Shown here: positions 41,801 through 53,800 of the stretch, piece by piece
Numbering within the stretch: the stretch's first letter is position 1
Layout: every line of letters begins with the position of its first letter
Source of the DNA: Balanoglossus misakiensis
Taxonomy: Eukaryota > Animalia > Hemichordata
DNA length: 64,000 nt
Assembly: GCA_040954595.2 (NCBI GenBank)
Contig: CM082584.2
Span: 6,777,919-6,841,918, forward strand
Reading direction: 5' to 3'
Position numbers and translations under genes: made by a program
Notes under the pieces: model-generated
What the model was told of the DNA's origin: nothing
The model's database searches: none
Seen by the model: the letters and a program-made list of their open reading frames with translations, nothing else

Positions 41801-44800
41801 TGGTGTCGGCCACGGGCAGGGATGACATGGTGTAGCCGATTGTACTCATCAGTCGTATCAACTCTCTAGACTGGAAGAACAATGTTACATTTGGTTACTT
41901 ACAGCCTAGCCGGGGGTCATTCTTGTTGTCATGGTAATATGTAAGCGATAGAAAACATAGTAAAATAGTGACTGAATTAATTTTAAAATAGCACTTATTA
42001 AAGAGAAGACATTTTTTTTAATTTTGATACATCTAAAAGTCTACTGCATACGTTACAATAGAAAACAATCGATTTAAGCCAAATCGTAGTGGTGACATGT
42101 TTAATAATAAGCCATTCAAAAATCATTCTTTTACATGTACATACTTTCATGTTGGTGCCTTGCGACAACACAGCCTCGGCGGTGTTTAGGATGTCATTGG
42201 CGAAGGGTTGTAAATGAGGGACGCACTCCGACGTGATGTCTTTGAGAGCCATGGTGGACGCCACAGCCAGCTCGCTGTTATGCAGACCAGACAGCAACAG
42301 AGGGATCACGCTCCCCAGGGACCCAGGGGTGTCCGCTAGCCACTCAGCATAGGCACCTGGTGGAGGTAAAGAAAACCCGAGATAACAAACCTACAGTTTT
42401 CGCTCTGAGAAGTTAACGTTGAAACCAACAATTTTTAGTTCCATCTGACTCGATTTTCAGTTTATGTAAATGCAGATAACACTGAGAAGTCAAATTGCAT
42501 TAAATTTGCATATGCATTATTACAGGGATATTTGATATTCAGATGAGCACACTTTCGGCCAATCAAAACCACACGTATATCATTACAATATATTAACATA
42601 TATGCAAATATATGCAAATCTTCAGACTACTCACTCACCCAGCATACACATGGCCGTGGATGCCAGTTTGACGTTAGACATTTGGATCTGAGGTAGAATA
42701 GCCATTAGGTTATGCACACACAACTCATCCCCGAACTCCCCACCTTCAGCTATAGATCTGAATGCAAATAAACACGCTTCCATCATCTGTAAATTAAAAA
42801 AAGAATGTCAATAGAGAAAAGTGAGTGGAATGAACACCTACACGAATAGGGTAAAACATGTAAGACTGGACCTAAGCTAAACTGCAAAACTGGCTTCTCA
42901 CAGAATTTATTCTGTAAAATGATCATGAGCATTCTAATATACTTTGCACGTGTACTGGACTGGGAACAACAGCCATTCATGAGGGAATTTGGATACTAGA
43001 TTTCCGACAACACAAAGCCAAAAGTCATCAACTATGATGCACCCACCTGCCATGATTGGTTGCCCTGTGTTACCATGGTAGCCAACATACTGTATAAATT
43101 ATTCAAAAGTGGTTCTCTGAGGAGAGTGTAGGCATACATCTGAAAAAAAGAATCACGAAAAACTTACTCAAATTTACAGAAAAATCAAAGTGTGTACATG
43201 TAGGTATTTACATTCAAATATGCACAATTTCACATATGGTATAAATTTATACCTTATGATGGAAGACTTTGATGTGAGAAAGATTTAAATAGGTTTTTCA
43301 GCCTTTTCCCGAAAACAAATCATTATTGAAAAGTAATGTCTCGGAGATTTCATCTGTCTTTATGAAATAAGAGAAGTTAGATTTACCAATGTATCTGCAA
43401 TGTCTTGCCTGTAACATCTAAACTCTTCTTTCTCATCTGAAACACACAATGTGATAATATGTTGAACAACGTGATCAGTAGTCAGCCTGTGCCATTTTAT
43501 TCTGTCGTCTTCTTGCATAGTGTACAAAGCATTCTCTACCCAGGCGGGTGGGGGGGGGGGGGTCACCAGCCTGCAGTACGCAAGTATACTTCCTCCCAAC
43601 TCACCTGCCGTCCAACCATCGTACTCGCTGTCGGCTGGGTATTGCACTTTATTGATGAGCACCTCGGCCAGGTTCATGTAGATCGGCACGTACAGTGCTC
43701 TGTACTCATTGAATTTATCAGCCTCTGCGGAGATGATGTCGTCCTGACAAGGAATCGATCAACATCCGTCACATCAATGAACAAAGACAGTTATGGCTCT
43801 TTAACATTCGCATCCTAATTTTGAAACATTGCATCCAGTCAACTGTAGCAAAAACACTGGTTCTAGCTTAGTTTCCATGTACATGTATAAGAAATTTTCT
43901 TACCTGTAAAATGTACCAGAAGCCAAACGGAATATTGCTGATATTTTCATCAACTGGGAAGTATCCAGGCAATGCTGAAAATCCCTACAATGGGAAAGAA
44001 GAAAACATTGCACACAATGGTGTAAAAAGTTGACATGAACTGAATAAAGACTTGGTTAGAAGAAAAATGGTTTTGTGAAGATTCTCCATGAGGTATGACC
44101 GATTACTTTTTAACCTGTGTGACTTCGTGACTTTGTCAAAACCACTACTAGTGGGATGTGTGACTTTGTGAGATCTGCTGTATTGGCCAACTTTCAAAAT
44201 GTCTGCCACCAGAGAACAATTGTGGAGAAATATGTCTAACTGGCTTCCTTCTGATGGCAACCATTATAGGACACTGATGCATTGCTGTTCAATACACACA
44301 CACACACATACTCATGTATCTGCACACACACACACACACACCCACACTCTTACCAGAATAAACCGTGCCAGTTCCATAACATGCTGCTTGTATTCATTGC
44401 TGCACTCCAACAGTGGCTTGGAGTGATTCTCGCCGACTGAGACCGCAAGCCGGCAAATTCCTTGACATTTGTCCTATGAGAAAAATTGTAGATACATGTA
44501 GATGGAATATTTTTCTGGAGAATGTTTCAGTTCATTGCTACGATAAAATAACACATGGAGAAGATATCTAAACCAATACACCTACATCCCCTACACTCAG
44601 TGACTGCAATGAGACCCCCATGCTTATTACATCTACCACACCTAGGATCTCTGTATAATAGAATATCCCTATTGTGCATATTTGTCAGATGGACTATACC
44701 AAAAGGACAGCAGGGAGGCAGAGTGAAGAGTAACTGGTCTCACCATGTCTTTTTCTTGGACCGCCACTGCAAACATGTCGGTCAGCTGCAGGACCTGTGG

Positions 44801-47800
44801 CACTATTTTCAGAATACTGTTGGGGTACCTACGACAGAGCAGTACACATGGTTAATGTATTGCAAAACACAATTCATAAACTAAAGCAATGATTTGTGTA
44901 TACATCACGTAAATTATAATATTATAAATAAGTAAGACAACTGAAATTAATTTTACTGGAGTGTTATCTGTAGAAAGAGTGGGTCCACAAGTCTGTGACA
45001 GCATTTTTGAGGAAAGTTGAAACACATAGATGAAAGCACCAGTCATTGAACACTAACATGCAACTTTGAAATATCTAACCTTCCCTTCATAGTCAGTATA
45101 CTTACTTGTAAGCTATGGGATTGCACACAATGTTAACCAAGGCATCCACGCAGGTCTCAAACATGTCCGGATAGTGGATGAGCTGGAAGAGCATCTGGAT
45201 CATGGTCTCGATGTCCGTCAGCGGAATGGACAGGGTCACCCAGCTGGACAAGCACTTCAGCGCCTGCTGGCGTATCGCCATTGGAGACTCGGACGTCAGC
45301 AGACCCTGCAGAAATGGCAAGACTGTACAGAAAGAAAGAAATTAAGGGTGGTCATAAAACTAGTAAAGTAAGATGTCAGCATTCTGTATCCTGTTTGTAT
45401 CACTTTCAGTCAGTTTAACAATCATACACCCATGAAGTTTCACCACCCTAAAATTTACACGCGTACAATTGTCGCATTGTTTGCACGTGCCATGAGCACA
45501 CTTGGCATGTGTCGTGACCTTTGAACTCACCTACACTGAGACCTGACTGTAGCGAGTTTCTGACATAGCCTTTCCTTGCCTGAGAAATTGTCGAAGTGTG
45601 AAACTGTAATAAAGAAAATGGAGCACAAAGCATCAATGTCAAGTTCAAAATTGGTTGAAGAGCAAAGTGATTCAGCTGCACATCACAACTGACGAGATTA
45701 GCGCAAGAGCGCTGGAGCAAAGACCTGATGATACAAACCTCTTCTGGCAGTACCATAAGCAACTCCAGTAATGCTGTACATTTGTGTGTGTCCTGAAAAA
45801 CAACAACAGAAAATGATCTATAGTTTATGAAGAAAATATTCCACAACCCATTTTTAAATCAATGCACACATCATATTTCATTCAGAGGTATTATCGGTAG
45901 TTGAATTGCATCAAATTCTTGCATTTAAGTTTAGCGGAAGATCTGACAACTATTATTCTGATTTTCAGTTCAAAGGACATCTTGTCTTGCAGATCTTTGA
46001 CTTTCTTACAAGGATTATCATACATGTTTGCTGAAAGTGGCTTTATATCAGCAACTTTTCCTTGGCTATCTATGTGTCCTTTTGTTTTATTATTTGACTA
46101 CAGCAAAGTGGAAATTCAATGATCATTTTTAATACATCAAAGGAAATGCCACCATTGAACAGTAACATGTACTTGGGTCAAAGGTCAGTTGAGGAACTCA
46201 CATCAAGGTCTGGAACTGTCGTCTGATGAAATGTGTCAATGATGTCCTTGATTGCATGCGGCCAAATGTCTGGAAGGGTGTTCAAGACGAATGCTGACAT
46301 CTGCAATGAAATGACCAAATCAACATTATTATCAAAAATACAAAGAGTACAAATAACACTTCAATTTAACTGTTCCATTTATAGTTTCTATTTCTGTACT
46401 TGGAAGCAACTTTTTCTCATAATACACAAGCATTTCAAATTGAGGGCGTTATTCCAAAAATCGAAGAAACAAGATATTCTACAGATATTCATGAAAGTAA
46501 TTACTCTGGCCCTAAAAGCTTCACACACATTCCACAGTGAAAACCACAGACTATGTATACAAATATGACTGACATGAAACACATTGAAAACCTTGTATAG
46601 ATTACTTACTGCCACGCAAAGCCTGGTAAGTACGATTCTTGTTTTGTTGGAAAAGGCGAAAATGTTGTGAAAGAGTTGACTTCTGAGGGTCGCGTACTGT
46701 TCCGGGTGTAATTCATTCCTGTGTTTGGTAAAAGACAATTAAACTTACACTTCATCAGAGAATGACTTTGATGAACACTTCTCTAATGAAATGGAGTTTA
46801 ATAATCAATTGATGAAGCCTAGAATTCAAATGAACAGTGGGTATAAAAGCAATACTAATTGCTCCACATGCACAGAAATAGGTGTCTTTCCATACATATA
46901 CATGTATTTACAACCATATTCTTGGTTTCCACCGATACATAAAGTGGTGTTTTCCATTCTCTCTGTCCATACATGTGTAACACACTGCAGTAGTCAGCAT
47001 GCGAAATTTTCAATCTGGAGTAAGGCCACCATTTCTGGCATTTCACACATGGAATAACGGCAAGAATCGGATGAAAGGCTTAGCCAGAGGTCACACTTAC
47101 CACGTTCTTGATATCCTTATGTGAAGTGCACTGGCACCAAAGAATTGAACTTCCGGAGGCTGAGGGAAGCAGTCAAAAATGAGGAGAAATTGGTTAAGAT
47201 GTCCAGTGCAAGACAATTACAGCTTGGTCATACATGGATCATATGGAAGTGGTAAGGTAGAAGAATGCATACTGTCATTATATACTGCTAGAATGAATGT
47301 TAAATATGTTGTGAGCAAGTGTTTTCTTCCTCAAAAGCTTTCATGTGTATTGAAACATACATTGTATATTAAATTAAATTAAAAAACAAAATAAAATTAG
47401 TTACATGCATATACTGTTTACGTCATACTTCATATTTCAGGTACTTTATTGTTTATCATAAGCTTACGTATTCCTCTGTATATATCTTAATCACAGATTG
47501 TGGATGTGCGCTACTGTGAAATGGATAGAATTTGATACCTGACATTTGGTAAATGATACCTCACCTTGTCTGGACTGAGCAAGGCCCAGCAATACTGCCA
47601 CGCCTGCGGCGCCCGCTGGGCTGTGATCAGCCACTTCTGAGCCGTGTCTTTGTTGGCCAGGTTGGGATCATAGTACAACTGGTGTATTGCCTGCAGGGAG
47701 AGAGAGAGAAACAATATGTAAACAATTAACATGTCTCACAGAAAACTGCATGATTTCCTTTCTATGAATATGGCTACCAGAATACTGTACAGTGTACATA

Positions 47801-50800
47801 CATGTATTTCCTGGTTGTTTTAATGATTTTAAAGGGTTAAACTTAAAGCCTTCATATGTAATCTAACTTTTGGCTATTTTCAGTATTTTTCTTCCATGTA
47901 TCAACCATTCTTTCCTTTTTTTATCTCTGGAAAGCTTGAAGAAATGTTCAGTTTTTTTAGCTTCTCATTGAGTAATGCATGGTCACTTTTTTATTGAAAA
48001 TGAATTCAATAAACTGCAGTTGACGGGTCGGAACCAAAATACAGAAAAATAACAAAACATAGTCATTTGAGCTTTACAAATTTGAGTAGATAATTTAAAC
48101 AGGAATGGAAAATGCATGATGTTGGTGGACGCCATTTTGAATTAGGATTCTCTACATACAAGTACATGTACCACTTGTTGTTCTGACGAAGTGAAAGTGA
48201 AATCACAGTGAAACATAATTCATTGTTTTTGTTTTCAACGAAAATAAAAAAAAAATCTGAAAAACTCTACCAGGAACAATTAAGTATAGGTTGTGTTTGC
48301 ATTACATTCTTATACAATGCGCTTTCTTCGTAAAGTTGGTTCCTTTATTGAGAACACAAGAGAGTGGTCCGAGCTTTGCCAAGGGAAACTCCCCTGTTTT
48401 GTTCGAGAGTGCAAAGGTCACCACTGTATTGTTCGGAATCTAAGGTGAAGGTATTGCTGACACTGAGCTAAGTAAGGCAGTCAGGGTACCAGTATTAAAA
48501 GCCAAAAAGAGATCACGTTTTTTATAACCCTAATGTGTACATGTATGTATGGTAATGAGAAGAGAGGCTGATGGACACTGCTACCAGGTAAGAAACAGAG
48601 AGTAAGGCATACCCTTGTTGACTTTAGCAGTGTTTTTGTTAAGGGCGGTACCTGGGTAAAATATACCGCAGTTCCCCAGTCATTTTACCGGGGTTCTTCC
48701 GGGTGTATCAATGTAGTTATATTAGGGGGTTGTAGAAATGTTACCGGGGTTCCCAAATCCATTACCAATGTTCCCCAACCTTAGCAAAAACACCTGACTT
48801 TAGTTTACTAAGTACTAGCCTTTCGCAATTATTCATTATTGTGACCCACCCACCCCCCTGATACCGTATCATTGAAGAATTACTTCACTACAGTTGTCTC
48901 CTTTTTGTGAAGGTTTAACAAAGCAATTAAAATAGGCCAACATTTGCAAGATACAGTGACTGAGCACACCCTAACCCTTTCTGCACCAAGGAATATACCT
49001 ATGAAATTTACATGAAAGTCTACAGTGACCCTACAGTGCATTTCCTCATTTATGACTCCATGTATATTATTGATTCTCATAGGCCCAACGTTCACGTGTA
49101 TCTCTAACAAGTGCCCATCATCCATTTAGAAGTAACACACACTCTGTGAACCATGGCAGATCCAGGTAGAAACATCTATGCATCGCCGTTCCCTACATCT
49201 GATTTTAATCAGACACCATATAGCCATGAAAGTTCCAGAGTTGCACGTACAGACAGTGAGGACGATGACAGTGCGCCGTCAGTGACGTTCGCGGGGGATG
49301 ACGGCGTGTCGAGCGAGGGACGAAGAGAAGGAGCCGTCGACGGCGAAACTGCCGACGGTGGGGCTGGAGACAAAACAGAATTACCCGTCACAGCCGGCGG
49401 CCTAGTGACGGGCGGCGCGGCGCAATTCTACAAACCGAAACCTGTACCTGTCATGACTGCAGTGCGCAATGTAGCCGTACTGTCCGGCATGTACTTGGCC
49501 ATCAGGCTCGTCCCCTTGTGGTTGTTCGACGGGAGAAGCGTACCGGCCAAGAAGGTCGCGACCTGGAGGGTGGCCGGGGAACTGGTGGGAAGTCTGGCCG
49601 GGACCGTCATCAGGCATTACGCCGTTCCCGTGGTCGGCAAGGTGGCCGGTCTGATTATCGTTCCCCTAGCAAGCTATCTCGGGCAGGTATCCTTTGAAGC
49701 CATCGGAAACAGACTGCACGCGATTGAACAAAATCCCGCAACCGGACCAATTTACGTCAGACTGCATGGCAATCAGCAGAATGTACTGGCAGTACGATTG
49801 TACGCAAGCCAGCATGATTATTTCAGACTGAGAGCGAATGAACAAGGCACGATTCAACTGTTCATAGATGGACAGGACTACAGAAGATTACATGGACATT
49901 TACAAGAGAACAGGAGACTATTTGCATTTCAAGAAGATTAAATACGTTGGACCGATGATAAACTCCCATCCACATCCAAAGCCCAAATTCGGCTTGTCCA
50001 AACACCACAATCCTGTTGAGACTATTAAAAGACAGATTTCCTTATACATGTACATGTACATTTATAGTCCCCGTGAACTAACGTACATTGTACATGAACA
50101 TGTATGTGTAGTCTGTGTGTAGTCCTAAAGTTTTTGGGTACTGTACATGTATGTCAATCAGTATCACACTGTTGCTATGCACGAACGAACGCTTGAGTAT
50201 TTGTACATATCAACAGTGACATCATTCCCCAACCCCCCCCCCCCTGAAAATAAATAAAAAATGTAATGGTCATGATTCCTAGTATGAAAAAATAGGTCTC
50301 CATTGTTCACTCTATTTTCATTTTAAATTCCTTCGAATATTGATCATGAACAGCAGCTTTTTTTTATATTTCTTATTCCGAAAATAAGATTTGACAAGAA
50401 CATATTATTCAGGGTGTCCACTTACATACTTGTGCATGAAGTGCATGCAACTTAACTATCACCTTATGTGCTTGTCGAACAAATATGCTCTTTTAATGAT
50501 TTAGGCCAATTTAAATGTTTCAGACGAACACATATTTTAGGTGGGCAACCAATCACAGCCCCGGTACTTTCCAGGGGTCAGTTGACGGTAGCTCGAAAGA
50601 ATGCGTAGTCCATCTCAGAAATCGTCCCAAAACACACTAAAGATCGTTATAAATAGGCAAGTAGGATCGGTGGTATCGATACCGATTTATTGATTAAATT
50701 TCGTTTCATGTGAGTGAAAACATATATCGAACTCGGCAATTGCATCCATCAAAATTGGATTTGGTTGCCCGACTTGTCCTTTTTCTGTGTCATATAGGTG

Positions 50801-53800
50801 ATCGGCGTGAAAAAACAACCTCCAAGCAACTGTGGCCCATTCAGTGCAGCGTGGCCGGGGCATAGGAGCAGACACCACAGAAGGCAATAGGCCTACGAGT
50901 ATGACTACATGTAGTGTCATTATCTGTTGTCTAAACGCAATGTTGAAAGGAGGACACTCTTGGTTCGATTTCATCAAAGTTTTGAGCACGAACTTGTGGT
51001 TTGGTGAGCTGGCAGGATAGCGCAGTTTCGTAGCAAAGATCAAGAGTGCACTTTTGTAGCACAGATCGAGAGTACAATTTGAAATGTGCGGGCACAGAAT
51101 GGAGTAAAGACTATTGAGTTTTGACTTTTCACATAGCCCCAGCGTATATGAGAGGTGTTTGTTGAATTGTTAGTTAGCCTGTGCCTCCCAGACATTTCTA
51201 CGACTATAATCTACACAGAAACTTCAATCAAGTTATCAACATAATACAAGGAAGCTTAAAGGGGCTTATGCAATGCACAGACAATCTTTTCTTTCCCTTT
51301 TGTTTCCCGATAAACAGTTGCGTGCACAGAAAAAGAGGGCTATTATTTCTACAGAAGTGACCCCGTCAAGATATATGGGTCTCTAAAATATTGTCACTAC
51401 ATCATCGCGGAAGGGGGTAGTAGTGTCAAGAAAACAATGCCTATTATTCAGATTTGTTTCACCTTGGACATACCATGGATTTATTTGACAGATTTGTTTA
51501 CATGCATCTTGCCCATAAATGCTTTACAAACAAAGTATTGCACATGTACCCGGTAGTACTGGGAACTGAGCAAACAATTTATAAATTATCAAGTGTTGTA
51601 AAGTTATGATTTTTCTGTTTGTCAACTTTGTGTCGCACAAAATACAGTACATCATTCATGGGTCCCTATCAACCCACTAGTATTGTGCTCATATGTACAT
51701 TTCTCCACCCTGCAAAATCATTGTCTTTACATGTAGAATAAAAATGTCTCTATATCAATCCTTGACAATGGGTCAGGTCGATCAAATTCAGGCGATTGAT
51801 AAGGTTTTTTGTATTCACAAAATGGTTGGGCCAATTATGACTTAGGCCTGAGTTACTTTTACGCTTTGTCTCGTTTATTTCAGTTTTTACCCTGATGAAG
51901 TGGGATTAATCCCACGAAACGTCGGAAATAAAATTAGTTTGCATTGAAGAACACTGTGTCCAAGAGTTGGTGCTTCTTGACCACTTCATTCTATACATAC
52001 ATACGTACATACAGACATACATACATACATACATACATACATACATACATACAGGCAGACAGACAGACAGACGCAACCGATACCATAAGGTCCCATGGTA
52101 CATACCAATGGGACCTAAAAAGTTGGTTCCTTTATTGAGAACACAAGAGAGTGGTCCGAGCTTTGCCAAGGGAAACTCCCCTGTTTTGTTCGAGAGTGTG
52201 TTTGGTTTTGGTGCAACCTTTGCACTTTTAACAATACAATAGTACCTGGTACTAACATGTAAAGTTGGCAAAAAGTCAAAACACAGAATATATAAGAACT
52301 TCACCATGCAAAAATTTTCAATCTGGAAGGACTCTGCTCTGTTACACTCAAAATTTGGGTGAAAGAAGAAACTGCCAGGTGAGCAAAACTTTCAAATGTA
52401 ATAATACACCTGAAAATAAGATTCTGTATGTCACTCGTTGTACATTTTATGTTTCTTTTTCATATCGGCATTTTGTATGACGATTTGAATTTTGCCTTAT
52501 ATATTCCCACTGGTTTGGGTAACTTATGAGTTGCAAGATGTAGACTTTCTCCAAGTTTATAGGGGTCATTACTTCGTAAAAATATATTACACTTTCAGAA
52601 ATTTTTGTTCCGAGTCTCTTTATGTACCGTGTGTGGAAGATTACATTGGCCCATAGACTTCTAACGTATACCTTGTGGGCTTCTGGTTGCTATGAATTAT
52701 TCATGTTGATGACATCTCATGATTATGCATTACATTATCATACATATTGAATGTAGGCTGAGTTTCAACGTATGACCTTCTGTGACCAAAAAGTCACATG
52801 CTAATGTTGGCAAAAAGTCAAAACACAAAGTATAAGAACCTTACCATGCAAAAAGTTTTCAATCTGAAAGGACTAAGCTCCATTACTCCGAAAAACTTAG
52901 GTGAAGGACAAACTGTACCTTGCCAGGTAAGCAGATTACACCTGAGATAAGATTCTGTACATGCACTGCCCATGTCCTTCACCAAAAGTGCTCTGGGTGC
53001 AGATTTAGGTCTGAGTCAAGAGGGGGTCGTCCGTCAAACTCAACTTCCAAGATGACAGTGTGTGTGTACACTTTGGGTCAGCGTAAATTTTTGCTGCAAA
53101 ACCTTGATATTGTGTGTACGGGAAAGAGGCTCCATAATTACATGTAGCTATTTTTTATGTTGCATTTGACATACATGGTTAAATACTTTGATATTTTTAA
53201 TTTTTGGTCATTGACCATATGTCGGTTAACAACACTACCCGGTAAAATAACCAAAATTTTATCAAAAGTGAATAACTTCATCCATTTTAAACAGTACATT
53301 TACATGTACCTATCCTCCAAATTTGGTTGAAATTTGATCAGCTGTCCTTGATCGAGATATGAATGACTCAGATACCGTCTAACAGACTGACTACCGACAG
53401 ACAAAGACAGACAGACAGTAACATTGGTATAACGTAAGACATGTATTTTTTATGGGGACTAAGAACACTACAAGTTCAACAGGTGGAGACAGCAACACTT
53501 TCATTGTTGACTATTTTGTGTTATGCGAAATGATTTGTAAGCAAAAATCATGCAAATGTATCATCCCTGAGAAACTCTGCCATGGATAGTCACATTTATA
53601 ATACTGCATGGTTCGACAACTTACATGTACCATTAGCCATCATGGGCGGTGCATTGCACACCAAATGAAAAACTCAATTATTACATTTTGGTTCCACAAA
53701 TATGGGTAAATGGTACTGAAAGGCATTTTGCTACATTCCATCTTATTTTCTTGGAGGGTGGATAGAAAGCAGGTACGCTGTACTCAACACGGCATTTAAG

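Noticed and set aside
45494-45507. GAGCACACTTGG resembling the 5' end of a deuterostome miRNA as I recall it
   Set aside because: Only about 12 nt match and no precursor hairpin is evident.
51906-52307. ORFs with CMYV/YIHT repeats
   Set aside because: Translation of the (ACAT)n microsatellite in the HINE-like end.
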